The notes beneath the pieces are model-generated. The model was not told the origin of the DNA and ran no database searches. It worked only from the letters and a program-made list of their open reading frames with translations. A DNA stretch of 64,000 bases, taken from positions 25,780 through 89,779 of the forward strand of contig CAWJMT010000002.1 in NCBI GenBank assembly GCA_963844035.1, given 5' to 3'. Positions 22,682 through 34,273 of this stretch are shown in pieces (position 1 is the stretch's first letter; every line of letters begins with the position of its first letter). The DNA comes from an uncultured Gemmatimonadales bacterium (GTDB lineage: Bacteria; Gemmatimonadota; Gemmatimonadetes; Gemmatimonadales; GWC2-71-9). Position numbers and translations under genes: made by a program.

Positions 22682-24426
22682 CCTGGCGCGGGGCCCGCCT
22701 GCGAGTTGCCGCTTGATCCATCCGACGACCCGCGGGCCAAGGGCCCGCCGTGTGGTCTGCCGAGCCCACCCTTTGACCCGCAACGCCTGGATCCCCGGGG
22801 AATCACCCACGAGCACCTCCACGAGTGTGGGGTAGGGGCTGGTCACGGCGACCCGTAACTGAGGCCGGACATCGCCGGAGAGTCGTACGTACTGCGTCCC
22901 CAGCGCCCGGGCGAACGACGCGAGATCGGGTGTGCGAAGGGTCACGTCGTGGGCGCGACCGAACTCCGCGAGCTGTTGGAGCCGGATCTGATTGAGCTGA
23001 CCGTCATTGAACACGATCACCGTCAGGGCGATGCCTTCGCGCACGGCGGTGAGCAGCTCCGTTCCGGCCATCACGAGGCCACCGTCGCCGATGACCGCTA
23101 CCACCGGTCTGGTCGGCGCGGCGAGCCGGGCGCCGATCGCCGCCGGGATTCCGTAACCCATCGATTGGAAGTCGTTCGGAACGATGAGCCCGCGGCGAGC
23201 CCGCACTTCGTAGTAGAGCCGCGCGAGCGACTGATGCAATCCGCTGTCGGTGACGAGGATGCCGTCGTCCGGCAGGGCTTGGCGCAGCGCCGCAAACAGC
23301 GCTGCACGCCGTGCCGCCGGCCACGTCCGGGAAGCGGGGCTCTGGAGGCCCGTGCGCAGGCGACGCGCGTAACTGGTCCCGCCACGTAGCCAGCTCCGCT
23401 GCAGACCACTCGGACCGGCGCTGCGGATCGTCCCTCGCATCTCTGCACCAGCCGCTCGAACACCTGCTCCGCGCGCGCACACACCGCGAGCTGCGCGGGG
23501 TAGTTCGCACCCAACACGCTGGTCGCCGTGTCCACGTGAATGAATCGATCAGGCGGCAGCTGCAGGGCGAATCCCGCAGTGCCGTTTTGGGCCAGCTTGC
23601 ACCCGACGGCGAGGATGCAGTCGGCACGCTGCAGCAGCTGGTTCAGGCGGACCACGTTGCCGCGGACGTGGTCGAACCCCAACGCCAGGGGATGATCTTC
23701 CGGCAACACTCCGCGTCCCGCGGGCGTCGTCACGACGGGCACCGTCCACCGCTCTGCCAGGCGGCGCAGATCGGCTGCCGCTCCGGCTGCTCCCTGGCCC
23801 GCCAGGATTACCGGCCGTCGCGCCGCCAGGAACCGCGCGGCGACCGCATCGATCTCCGTTGCGTCACCTCCAGCAAACGGTGCTGTGACGAGGGGAGTGT
23901 CCGCGGCCGTGCCCGACATCGCTTGCGCCGATGTGTGCAACATGACGGGCCCCGGCTCGCCCTGGGTGGCCAACTCGTATGCGCGTACCACGGCCGGCCC
24001 CAGCTCTTCCGCCCGCTCAACCTCTACGACTCCCTTGACGAGCGGACGGGCGATCGCAGCCTGGTCGATCGCTTGGTGGCGAAACGCACGCCCTGGTCCC
24101 TGCGCCGGCTGGCCGGTGATGAGCAGCAGCGGCACCGAGTCGAGCTTCGCTTCCGCCAGGCCCGCCAGCGTGAAGGCGAACCCGGGCCCGGGGATAGTGA
24201 CCACGACGCCCACCTTGCCGGATGCGCGCGCATATCCGTTTGCCATGAAGGCGGCACCCAGCTCATGCGTCGTGAGGATCGAGCGGAGCGTGCTGCGGCG
24301 CAACGCATCGTACAGCTCCACATTCTGGGTCCCCGGGACCCCGAACACGTACTCGACGCCCAGGGCCGCGAGCGTCGTGCACAAGATCTCTGCACCATGG
24401 AGCGCGGCGGGGCTCACGCCGCCCAC
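22679..24426 (-). CDS. thiamine-pyrophosphate-dependent enzyme (acetolactate synthase large subunit-like); frameshift near 23400; 3-prime end uncertain
   Basis: N-terminal TPP Pyr domain (VFGVPGTQNVELYDAL, HELGAAFMANGYARASGK) is in ORF 23098..24426. The PP-binding motif (VIGDGGLVMAGTELLTAVREGIALTVIVFNDG) is in ORF 22205..23482. Confidence 0.8.
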
Positions 24427-24444
24427 CGCAGGACGTCTCGAACC

Positions 24445-25759
24445 CTAGACACCAGCACGTTCCCCAGCGGTCATGGTGCTCGAGTTCGCCGAGAAGATGC
24501 TCGTTGCTCCGGTCGGGGCGTGGCGCTGCGGCAGCTTCACGATCGCGGCATCATCCGGCACGGTCAGGCGAACCATGAGATTCCGCAGTTGACGGCTCAA
24601 CATCGTGCGCAGGTCGTTCCACACCGGATAGGGGTCGTTCCAGCGAAACAGGGGTCCGCAAGCGCCCAACACCGAGCGCACCCAGCCGGCGAATGAGAGG
24701 TGACCGCGTTGGCGCAGTTCGCGATAGGCGTGGTAATCGTAGTACAGGTATGCGCACCGTCGTCCTACCTGGTACGACGTCACGGGCTCAACCGGCAGGC
24801 CGAGCGCTTCGCGATATGCCATCATCACGACGTCGACCCCGCACTGTGCTGCGAAGGCCACGTACCACCACGGCCGCACGTTGACTTCGATCAGCTTGAA
24901 CCGGTGGTCGCGTTCGTCGTACTTGAACTCGGCGCTGAAAATCCCGCGAAAGCCCACGTGGTCGAGCAGACGACCCAATGATTCCCGGGCGTCGGTGACT
25001 TCGCTCAGAGGTACGCTGACCGTCAGTGTGTTGTTGCCGAAGTCGAGCGGGTACATCCGCAGGCGGCGCCGGGCGAACAGGGCGGCCAGCCGTCCTTTGG
25101 AGTCGATGAAACCGTCAAGATGGTAGTGGCGGCTGGGCGGACCGGGAATGTACTCCTGGAACAGCAGGGTGTGCCCTTCATTCCGCGCTTCTTGCCAGCG
25201 CTGCGCCGCCTCGTGATGGGACCGGACCCAGAAGCCCTTTGTCCCGAACCGGCGGAAGAAGCGCTGCGAGTCGTGGGGCTTGAGGAACGCATGCGTCAGC
25301 GCGTCGCCCGGAATCGCGGCGACGTCGGCCGCGCTGTTCGAGCAAGAGCGTCCGTGGGTGTGGCACGTTCGGCGGCACGCTAACGCCTCAGCGAGCTGCC
25401 CTTTGTCGGCAAGCCGCTCGAGCACGTGCACGGCGCGAGGCACGCTGGGGAACTGCTCGGTGATCGGACCCTGCAGGGCCGCAATGCGCACCGCCCAGAA
25501 GTCCGAGCAGGGAATCAGCACCGCGCGCGGAACAGGCAGCCCCTCGAGGTAGGCGGCAAGGTCGTGCTCCGGCGTGGCGGCGCTCCGCGAGGGCGGCGCT
25601 GGCTCGGAACCAACGGGACTGAGAGACGAGGTGCGGGTCGTCGCTGACGACATATGCAGGCACACCTGCGGCCTGCAGGATGCGGACGACGCCCAGCGCG
25701 GTGGGTCCGTTGCCGAACACCAGCGCTGGGACGCACCCGGGCATCCCGGTGCGGGTCAT
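24445..25759 (-). CDS. ATP-grasp domain protein (COG3919-like); frameshift near 25610
   Basis: The N-terminus (MTRTGMPGCVPALVFGNGPTALGVVRIL) is in ORF 25388..25759. The ATP-grasp core (LLFQEYIPGP...FSAEFKYDERDHRFKLIEVNVRPW) is in ORF 24445..25665. Confidence 0.7.
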
Positions 25760-26037
25760 TGTGCTGGCTCCTCTACGTTTTTGTGTGAAGCTGCGGTGGG
25801 GCGCGGGGGTAGGGAGGGCAAGGGGCGTGCCTGAGCCGCGGGAGGCGCGCAGGCGCGCTGGGTCCGGTTTGGGAGGTCCATCTGTTACGCGGGCACGACA
25901 ACGAGTACGCCAGCGTTAGGTTGCTGCTGCAAGTTTCGAGTTGCGCCGCTGGTGCGCCCCACGACACTTGTTGTACGTTGCAACGCAGGGAATGCATCCA
26001 CTCGTCATCGCCGCCACCCCGATTCGGGATTCTTCTA

Positions 26038-27434
26038 GTGCCGGTGTCTGACCCCAGCCTCTTTTCGCGCTCCGCCGAGCCGCTCGCGGCACGCATGCGC
26101 CCGCGCACCCTGGAGGAAGTCCTCGGACAGGATCACCTGCTCGGCCCGGGGAAAGCACTGGGGGAGCCGATCCGCCGGGGGGACTTGGGCTCCTGCATCT
26201 TCTGGGGCCCCCCGGGCTCAGGGAAGACGACGCTCGCCCGCATCATCGCACGCTACACCGCCCGCCATTTCGAGCCGTTCTCGGCGGTCACCGAGGGTGT
26301 CGCCCGCGTCCGGGAGATCATCAAAGGCGCGGAAGACCGCCTCCAGCACGAGGGACGGGGCACGATCCTGTTTTGCGACGAGATCCACCGCTTCAATCGA
26401 GGCCCAGCAGGACGCGTTTCTCCCCTGGGTCGAGAACGGCGTCGTCGCCCTGATCGGCGCTACCACCGAGAATCCGAGTTTCGAGCTGACGGGAGCGCTC
26501 CTATCTCGCTGCCGGGTCTTCGTTCTCGAACCGCTCAGCGAAGCGGACGTCCGCTCGGTGGTGCAACGGGCGCTCGCCGATGCGGAGCGCGGGCTCGGTG
26601 CGCTACACCTCGGGATCGACGACGACGCGCTCGCGCTGTTGGCGCGGGAAGCCGACGGGGATGCCCGGCGCGCCCTGCAGGCGCTCGAAGCGGCGGCGGA
26701 GTACCTGATGGGCAAGAGGGAAGAGGACGCGGGAAGGGTACGGCCGCGACCGGCGCCGTTTGACCGCTGACCGCGCTGTGATCGCCGATGCGCTGCAGCG
26801 CCGGTTACCGCGGTCCGACAAGAGCGGCGAGGAGCACTTCAACCTCATTTCGGCGCTGCACAAGGCCGTCCGCGGGAGCGACGTGGAGGGGACGCTGTAC
26901 TGGCTGGCACGGATGCTGGCCGGAGGCCAGGATCCCCTGTACATCGCGCGCCGCCTCGTGCGCATCGCATCGGAGGACGTGGGCCTTGCCGACCCGCGGG
27001 CGCTGCAGGTGACGTTGGCCGCCAAGGATGCCTATCACTTTCTTGGCACGCCGGAGGGCGAGCTCGCGTTGGCGGAAGCAGCCGTCTACCTGGCGACCGC
27101 CCCGAAGTCGAACCGGGTGTACGAAGCGTTTGGACTTGCCACGGACGCCGCCCAACAACACCCAGCCGAAGGGGTGCCGCTGCATCTCCGGAACGCATCC
27201 GACCGGACTGATGCGCGAGCTTGGGTACGGTGCCGGGTACAAGTACGCCCACGCGTACGTCGACGCGTACGCCCCGCAGGAGTACTTGCCGGAGGTGTTG
27301 CGAGGCGCGGTGTGGTACGTGCCCTACCGAGTCCGGCTACGAGAAGACTGTCAGGGAGCGGATGGAGTGGTGGGCGGGACTGAAGAAGAAGGCGACGGAA
27401 GGAGGGAAGCGACGGAATGGGGATGGACCAATGA
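26038..27434 (+). CDS. rarA: replication-associated recombination protein A (RarA/MgsA AAA+ ATPase); at least 4 apparent frameshifts; both ends approximate
   Basis: [84 protein letters not shown], and [11 protein letters not shown] are spread over frames 25921, 26297, 26760, 27028 and 27221. Confidence 0.85.
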
Positions 27435-27927
27435 GCTCGTGCCGAGTGTCCGGCTCACTTTCCGTCGTACCGTCTTTCCGTCGCCGTGCTGGTACTGGTG
27501 ACCGGCTGCGCGACCGTTGGTCACCTCTCGTTCATCGAGCCCACCGTGGAGCTCAAGCAGATCAACATCACGGGACTGGGGCTGTCCGGGGGGACGCTGG
27601 ACCTGGTGTTCGACGTGTACAATCCCAACGCGTATCGGTTGCGTTCGACGCGGACTCGAGATCGGGCTCGATTTGGAGGGCAGGCACTTTGGCGACGCAC
27701 TGCTCGAGCGGCCTCTCGACCTGTCGCCCACGAACCACAGCCAGGTGATCGTGCCGGTGCGTTACGAGTGGGCGGGGATCGGCGCCGGTGCAAAGGGCAT
27801 TGCTCCGGCGGCAGGCGATCGGGTACGGCGTGACCGGGGCGGTGCTGCTCGACACACCGATCGGCGAGCGAGCGGGTGGCCGTGCAAGGGACGGGGCGAG
27901 GTTCCGCTCGGTGCGTTGGTGAAGTAA
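27431..27927 (+). CDS. LEA_2/NDR1-HIN1-like (water-stress domain) lipoprotein; frameshifted
   Basis: Lipobox (LVLVTGC), then VELKQINITGLGLSGGTLDLVFDVYNPNAY and HSQVIVPVRYEW, split over the 27486 and 27517 frames. Confidence 0.5.
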
Positions 27928-27930
27928 GCG

Positions 27931-29098
27931 CCCGAGGAGTCGCGATTGCCAGTGCGCCCACCACCCACACCGAGGATGGCGCCCCCCCACTGCGAGATCG
28001 GCGTAGGGAGCAGCCCAACGAGCGGCGGCAGGACTCCGAGGCTCACGAGGATCGCGCCGCCCCCCCACAACGCAGGGCGTGAGCGCGCGCACAGGCCGAC
28101 GGGTGCCAGCAGCCCAGCCAACCAGCAGGCATCAAGCAGACGTGCGAGCCAGGGCGGGAGGTGCTCCGGGTAGAGGAGGATCCCCCAACCGCGCCCGGCA
28201 GTGAACCCCAGCTCACGCATGGGGGCCCCGTTGAGCGTGACCCAGTAGTGTCCCGCCTCGCCCCACACGGTGACGTCCAGCGAGTCCCTCGGCCCGATGC
28301 TTTGCAGCGCCTGGAAGACGCGCAGGTCGGGTTGGTCGAGGCGCCAGGCGGTCGAGCGCGTGCGATAGCGAAATACGAGATCCGCGCGATCGACACCGAG
28401 GAGCACTATCTCTCGCTGTTCGTTCGTCGTACACGCTGAGCAACGGCGCGAGTGCTTGCACTGGCGGTCCGGCGATGGCCCGCACGTGCAACATGGCTCC
28501 AGTGAGCAGCAGGTTTCGCACGGTGTCCGAGTTTGCAAGCTGCCGCGGCGGCAGCGGAAACGGGCCCAGTGTCGCGCTGAGCACGCGACCGCGATACCAC
28601 TCCAAATGGCCGAGGTTTGGGGTCCACTGCTCCCAATAGATCGATCTCGGAAGCGATGGCTCGTAGGAGGAAGCCAGTGGTGGCGACCGCGAGAGGTGCC
28701 GCGCTCGCGACGCAGAGCGCAAGGACGATTGTGGCGCCCCGGGACAGATTCCGGAGTCGCGGCGCATATCTGGCGAGCATGTACCCGAGAGCGCTACCGG
28801 TGGTGTTCGTCAGGACATCCCCGATACTCGAGTCCCGACCTGGAATGAACAGTTGCGCGAATTCGATTCCCGCCGACAAGAGCGCGCCGACGAGACATGC
28901 GCGCTCGAGGCGTCGATCACTCAGGGCCAGGACGACTCCAAGCGGGAGGAACAGGACGACGTTGAGAATCGACGTCCGCCACCCCTCGCTCGCCGCAGAC
29001 CAGACACCCGAGCATGGGCTGGGCCACCCACCACCGCTCGGCAGGAGCGTAAGGGCCAGGATGGCGGCCAGCACGATGGCCACCGGTGCAGCGGCCAT
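27931..29098 (-). CDS. VanZ-like membrane protein with an extra C-terminal region; frameshifted; 3-prime end not resolved
   Basis: ORF 28406..29098: NVVLFLPLGVVLAL...IEFAQLFIPGRDSSIGDVLTNTTGSALG. Downstream protein-like sequence is in ORFs 28213..28767 and 27762..28538. Confidence 0.55.
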
Positions 29099-29201
29099 GG
29101 CTCACGACAGGAGCGGGTCCGGCGCCTGACCGGGATCTCGAGCATGTAAGGGATCTACATGGACCGCATGTCGGAGCACGCATGGTTGGCAGGCAGCGGC
29201 G

Positions 29202-29770
29202 GTGAAGGGTGAGTACGTCAACGCGTGGCACTGGGCGCTACTTCTTGACGACGTAAGTTCTGCGAGGGAGCAAGGTCACCGCCCGGGGTCCAAGCACCCG
29301 GAGCGTCCACGGCCGAGGAGGACCTTTCCCGTGACAGCTTCTTCGACCTTACTCCCCGCAGTTATGTCTCGCCGCCTGACCAACAACGCTGCGACCGTCC
29401 GGCGGATTCTCACCGCGTTGGCGTGTGCAAAGTTGGTGCCAATCTGGTGAGGCACTGAGGCTGGGCTCGCGGCGGGCCGAAACGAGCCGAGTGAGGCGAA
29501 GGTGTCGCAGGCGGGCATCACGGGCCACGGGAGATGATACAACACCGCCACGAGTTTGGAGAGCGAGATTGAGAAGGAAAGAGCGACGCTGGGATCATGG
29601 CGAGGCCAAGCGACGGCGCACGCGTGGCATCCACCTTGCAACGCCCATTCCCGGCGCGTGGGGGGGTGGGCGTGTGTTGCCGGTCCTTCTCCTGGTCCAA
29701 AACACTCTCCTGCGTCGCCGCCACCCTGTTTGTCGAAGCCTTCAACCACCCTGCGTTGCACAGAAGAGGC
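29202..29770 (+). pseudogene. possible degraded Rrf2/YwnA-like transcriptional regulator
   Basis: The only recognisable piece is ...PVTASSTLLPAVMSRRLTNNAATVRRILTALACAKLV, which resembles the Rrf2 wHTH (TNPvvVRRiLg.L..AgLV). The flanks need several frame changes. Confidence 0.25.
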
Positions 29771-29777
29771 ATTTCAC

Positions 29778-30143
29778 GTGGGTTTTTCATCTCCAGCCGA
29801 GCCCGGAACTCCCGCGCGACGCGTGATCGCAGACCGCCGAGGCGGCGCTGACCAACGCGTCACCCGCAGGCGTTCCGTCTTGGCCTCAGTCTCGTCCGAC
29901 TTGCGGAGGCGCGTGGACCGGCGCGGCGGAGCCGAGCGGCGGAGTACGCTCGAGCGTCGCAGCCGCTCTATTCGATATGCATTCACAGAACGTCCCAGAG
30001 AGCACTTCCGGGACGCGCTCCAGCTGTTGGAGCAGATGACCGCGGTCAGCGAACTCGATACCGAGGCTCGCGGAGATCTCGGGGCGGCCCTGCAACGGCT
30101 CCGCCGCGCACTCGGAGTCTTGGAGCGTCGTACCGAGACGTAA
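29778..30143 (+). CDS. small Arg-rich protein with duplicated RRx(2-3)DRRGGA[DE]xR motif and helical C-terminus
   Basis: GTG at 29778 inside ORF 29556..30143: RRVIADRRGGADQR...RRRVDRRGGAERR...HFRDALQLLEQM...LQRLRRALGVLERR. Sits at the head of the EPS locus. Confidence 0.4.
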   Translation: MGFSSPAEPGTPARRVIADRRGGADQRVTRRRSVLASVSSDLRRRVDRRGGAERRSTLERRSRSIRYAFTERPREHFRDALQLLEQMTAVSELDTEARGDLGAALQRLRRALGVLERRTET

Positions 30144-30312
30144 TCCGCGACTCCTGGCACTTGGGATCGCCCCGAATCTGTAGCTGGGATGCAGCAGTCC
30201 GCCCCCGTTTCTGGAGGGCCCGCCGAGCCCACCAAACACAGCGTAACACCATAGTTGGCAACGATATACGCGCCAAAACCCAGGCGCGGACTTTCAGCCC
30301 GGCTCTTGCCCC

Positions 30313-30993
30313 GTGACGACCGCGAAACCGGGAGCTAGCGGAGCCGGTGTGCGCACCGGGGATCTGCCTTGGGAGGCCCGACGGGATGGAGGGAGGACGG
30401 GTGTGAGAGCCGCCGGCCGGCTGGCGCTCCGGACGTGGGAACGATTGGCTCACCCGTTTCGTCGGTGGGCTGTGTTGCGTCGCCTGAACCGGCGTCCATC
30501 ACCGGGTTCGGTGCTGGTTGTCTGTCACGGCAACATCTGTCGCAGTCCCTATGCGGCTGCTGTTCTCCAGAGCCGGCTCGTGCCGCGTGGAGTTGAGGTG
30601 GCGTCCGCCGGCTTCATTCAGCCGGGTCGCCCCTGTCCGGACGCGGCGGTGGCGGTGGCGGCCGCCCGCGGGTTCGATCTGTCCGCGCATCGCTCGCACC
30701 TGCTTGCCACGCCGGAGGTGCACCGCGCGGATCTGATCCTGGTCATGAGTACGGCACAGCACTGGGCCATACGTGCGCTCTTCGGGCGCCGTGGCCACGA
30801 CGTGATCGTACTCGGCGACCTGGATCCAGAACCGATTGAGGCAAGGGAGATTCGCGATCCCGTCGAGCAGCCGAAGGAGATCTTCGCATTGAGCTATTCA
30901 AGAATAGACCGATGCATCGGGGAATTCGTGCGCGTCACCGCTGGGCGGACCCAACCCGTGACGATAAGCGATCGCCGCGAGCAGACCGCGTGA
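30313..30993 (+). CDS. low-molecular-weight protein-tyrosine phosphatase (start uncertain)
   Basis: P-loop VLVVCHGNICRSP (CX5R-S) and a downstream DP motif. Confidence 0.8.
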   Translation: MTTAKPGASGAGVRTGDLPWEARRDGGRTGVRAAGRLALRTWERLAHPFRRWAVLRRLNRRPSPGSVLVVCHGNICRSPYAAAVLQSRLVPRGVEVASAGFIQPGRPCPDAAVAVAAARGFDLSAHRSHLLATPEVHRADLILVMSTAQHWAIRALFGRRGHDVIVLGDLDPEPIEAREIRDPVEQPKEIFALSYSRIDRCIGEFVRVTAGRTQPVTISDRREQTA

Positions 30994-31866
30994 TCGAGCA
31001 CCATTTCACGGTTGACGTGGAGGAGTACTTCCAGGTCTCGGCGTTTGAGCCGCACGTGGCGCGGGCCGACTGGGGCACGTTCGAGAGCCGTGTGGTCCCG
31101 CCCATGCTCAGGCTCCTCGACCTGCTCGAGCGCCACAACGCACGCGGGACATTCTTCGTGCTGGGATGGGTCGCCGAGCGACACGCGTCCCTGGTCAAGG
31201 CGATTGCCGCCGCGGGTCATGAGGTGGCCTCCCATGGTTGGGATCATCGCCGGATCACACAGCAAACGCCCGATCAGCTGCGGGAGTCGGTCAGGCGTAC
31301 GAAGGACGCGCTCGAAGCGATCGTCGGCGTACCGGTAGTCGGGTTCCGGGCCCCAAGCTTTTCCATCGTGCCGGGCCGAGAGTGGGCGTTGGACGTGCTC
31401 TTGGAGGAAGGCTACCTGTACGACTCGAGCCTGTTTCCCATCGCGCGTCGGGGTTATGGCTATCCTGACAGCCCGCGGGATCCGCACGTACAGACGGTCG
31501 CCCGCGGGAGCCCTGGTCGAGCTCCCGCCCACGACGTTGCGTCGGGGCGGGGTGACCCTCCCCGCTGCCGGCGGCGCATACTTTCGTCTGTTTCCCTACG
31601 CGCTTGCCCGGGCGGCGTTCCGCGACTCCGCCGACCGGGGTGTCTCGGGGACGTTCTACATCCATCCCTGGGAGCTGGACCCGGATCAGCCGCGATTGCC
31701 GGTGTCGTGGACAGCGCAGGCGCGGCACTACGGCGGCCTGACGCGCACCATGCCGCGGCTCGAGCGACTCCTGACCGAGTTCCGCTTTAACTCCGTGCAT
31801 GGGGCCGGCACCGTGGCCCGGCTGCTCCCACGCATGGCCAACGCGCTCGAGCCCAGCCACCCGTGA
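30990..31866 (+). CDS. polysaccharide deacetylase, PEP-CTERM-locus subfamily-like; frameshift near 31490
   Basis: HHFTVDVEEYFQVSAFEPHV...TFFVLGWVAERHASLVKAIAAAGHEVASHGWDH, then ...YFRLFPYALA...FYIHPWELDPDQP in ORF 31456..31866. Confidence 0.85.
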
Positions 31867-32891
31867 CCCTTACTGTCGAGCGGTTCTCCGGTCTCGGCGC
31901 CGAGTGGGACGCGTTCGTCCGCCTTGCGGAGGGAGGCACGCATTGCCACCTCTGGGGGTGGAAGGCGGTCATCGAGCGGGTGCTCGGTCACGAGTGCCAC
32001 TACCTGGCGGCTCGCTCTCCCGAGGGCAGGCTCGTGGGCGTGCTTCCGCTCGTCTGCGTGTCCAGCCGGTTGTTCGGGTCCTACCTCGTCTCGATGCCCT
32101 TTCTGAATTCCGGGGGCGCGCTGGGTAGCGACCGGGCGGTGCAGGCGCTGGTTGCTCGAGCTATCGAGCTCGCCAGGACCGACGGCGTCGAGTTGCTGGA
32201 AATCCGCAGCCGCACCCCGCTTCCGCTGGATCTTCCCGTGTCACATCGCAAGATCACAGTGGTCCGGGACCTCGTGCCCGGCGACCCGGTCCGGGTGTGG
32301 GAAAGCCTGCGGGCAAAGGTGCGCAGTCAAATCCGTCGCCCGCAGAAAGAGGGCATTCAGGTGCGGTTCGGCCCCGATCAGGTCGGCGCCTTCTTCCGGG
32401 TGTTCTCGCAGCACATGCGTGACCTCGGCACCCCGACGCAGCCCCGGCGCTTGTTCGACGCCTTGGTCGATGCGTTTCCGGCCGACGTCTGGTTCGGATG
32501 CGCGTATGACGGCACCCGCCCGATTGCGGCAGGGTGCGGGTTTCGCTGGAATGGTGAGTTCGAGATGACCTGGGCCTCGTCGCTGGCGCGGTACAACGCC
32601 ATCGCTCCCAACATGCTGCTCTACTGGGCGTTCATGGAGCGGGCCGCTGCGGATCGCCTTGAGGTCTTCAACTTCGGCCGCTGCACACCGGGCAGCGGCA
32701 CGCACCGGTTCAAGCAACAGTGGGGTGGACGGGACGTGCCCCTGTGGTGGTATCAGCGCACGGCGGGGCAACGCGCGGCAACCCCTTCGCCCGACGACAA
32801 AGCCTTCGCGTGGGGGCCGCGCATGTGGAAGCGGCTGCCGCTGCCCATCGCCAACATGCTGGGACCGCGCGTCGTGCGCCTGATCCCGTGA
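31863..32891 (+). CDS. FemAB-family protein (PEP-CTERM system-associated type)
   Basis: Intact 342 aa, directly after the deacetylase as in exosortase-type loci: HCHLWGWKAVIERVLGHE...GVLPL...LFGSYLVSMPFLNSGG. Confidence 0.8.
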   Translation: MTLTVERFSGLGAEWDAFVRLAEGGTHCHLWGWKAVIERVLGHECHYLAARSPEGRLVGVLPLVCVSSRLFGSYLVSMPFLNSGGALGSDRAVQALVARAIELARTDGVELLEIRSRTPLPLDLPVSHRKITVVRDLVPGDPVRVWESLRAKVRSQIRRPQKEGIQVRFGPDQVGAFFRVFSQHMRDLGTPTQPRRLFDALVDAFPADVWFGCAYDGTRPIAAGCGFRWNGEFEMTWASSLARYNAIAPNMLLYWAFMERAAADRLEVFNFGRCTPGSGTHRFKQQWGGRDVPLWWYQRTAGQRAATPSPDDKAFAWGPRMWKRLPLPIANMLGPRVVRLIP

Positions 32892-34099
32892 TGCTCCGGC
32901 ACCAGCTTCCCGCCTACTCGCCGCTCAGCGGCGCCTCCCTCGGGCGCGCGCTCCTGCATGCGTTCGGCCCCGGGATGGATGGACAGGCTGAGCTGACCGC
33001 GATGCTCGAGCGGGAATATCGCGCCGATCGGGCTCTGCTCCTTGGAAGCGGCACCCAGGCCCTGCAGGTCGCCATCGCGCTCGCCATGCGGCACGTGGGC
33101 GATGCGGTCGTTGCGCTTCCGGCGTTCAGCTGTTTTGACGTGGCGGCCGCGGCTGTAGGCGCGCACGCGAGGATCAAGTTCTACGATCTCGACCCGACCA
33201 CTCTGGCGCCCGACCCGCGGTCGTTGGAGAGCGCGCTGGCGAGGGGCGCTCGCGTTGCGGTCATCGCCCCGCTGTACGGTTTCCCGGTCGATTGGGACGC
33301 GCTCGCAGACTTGCTCGTCCGATACGGCGCCATGGCCGTCGAAGATGCGGCACAAGGCGATCACGCCGAATGGCGGGGCCGGAAGCTGGGGAGTCTCGGC
33401 CCGATCAGCGTGTTGAGCTTCGGGCGAGGGAAAGGGTGGACGGGCGGCAGTGGCGGGGCGCTCCTCATCCGGGATCAGGCACCGTGGCAGGGGTTGCGAG
33501 ACACACTGATGGAGATGTCGAGCGGGACAGGGACGTCTCGCTGAGGTTCGCGTCCTCGGCGCGCTGGCGGCCCAGTGGGCGCTCGGCCGGCCGGAGTGTT
33601 ACGCGATCCCGCGCGCGGTGCCGCGGCTCCAATTGGGCGAGACCGTATATCACGATCCCGTGCCGCCGCGAGGGATGACCCGTGCGGCCTCCGCGTGTCT
33701 CGCGGCCAACCGGCCAGCGGCCGCGGAGGAGGCGGCGACGCGGCGCGCGACGGCGCTGGCGTTGCTTGCAGCGATCGGCTCCGGACGCGGGTGCGAGCCA
33801 TTCGGCCGCTCGCGGGGGCGACACCCGGATTCTGCGGTTGCCGCTGCGGCTCGCGGTGGCTTTCGGGGGTTTGCGACCCCTGCGACCGCAGGCCGCCTGG
33901 GGATTGCGCCGAGCTACCCGTCGGTGCTCGGCGCCATCCCGGAGGTGCGTCCATGGATGGATGACGCAACGTCCCAGCTGGCCGGGAAGCGACGGAGCTG
34001 GTCCGCACGCTCTGCACGGTGCCGACGCACTCCCTTGTCACATTGGGAGAGCGTGCCCAGTTGATCCGCGAGATCGAAGCCTATGAGCAGCGGACATGA
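32891..34099 (+). CDS. DegT/DnrJ/EryC1/StrS family aminotransferase; at least 2 frameshifts
   Basis: GSGTQALQVAI, PAFSCFDVAAA, VIAPLYGFPVDWDAL, AVEDAAQG, VLSFGRGKGWTGGSGGALL. The C-terminus (...LVTLGERAQLIREIEAYEQRT) is in another frame. Confidence 0.8.
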
Positions 34100-34273
34100 G
34101 GTCGAGCCTTCCGGCTCCCCATGGCCGCGTGACCTGGCACCAATGTTGCCGTCCACCCTGCGACGGCCGAACCTGGAAGGAGCGGAGTCTATGGCACCGC
34201 GGATTGAGCGTGGCACGAGCGTGACACAAGGGCACGAAGTGAGGGCGCCGCAGCGCGCCGCCGCGAGGCCGGC

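Noticed and set aside
29556-29777. N-terminal 74 codons of ORF 29556-30143
   Set aside because: The composition (Cys/Pro/His/Trp-rich, no structure-like pattern) looks non-coding. Only the part from the GTG at 29778 is plausibly translated.
29100-29780. Searched the non-coding gap for RNase P RNA, tmRNA, SRP or 6S RNA hallmarks
   Set aside because: I could not find the conserved strings (for example GAGGAAAGUCC, a tmRNA tag ORF with a tRNA-like end, or GGUUCGAnUCC) on either strand.
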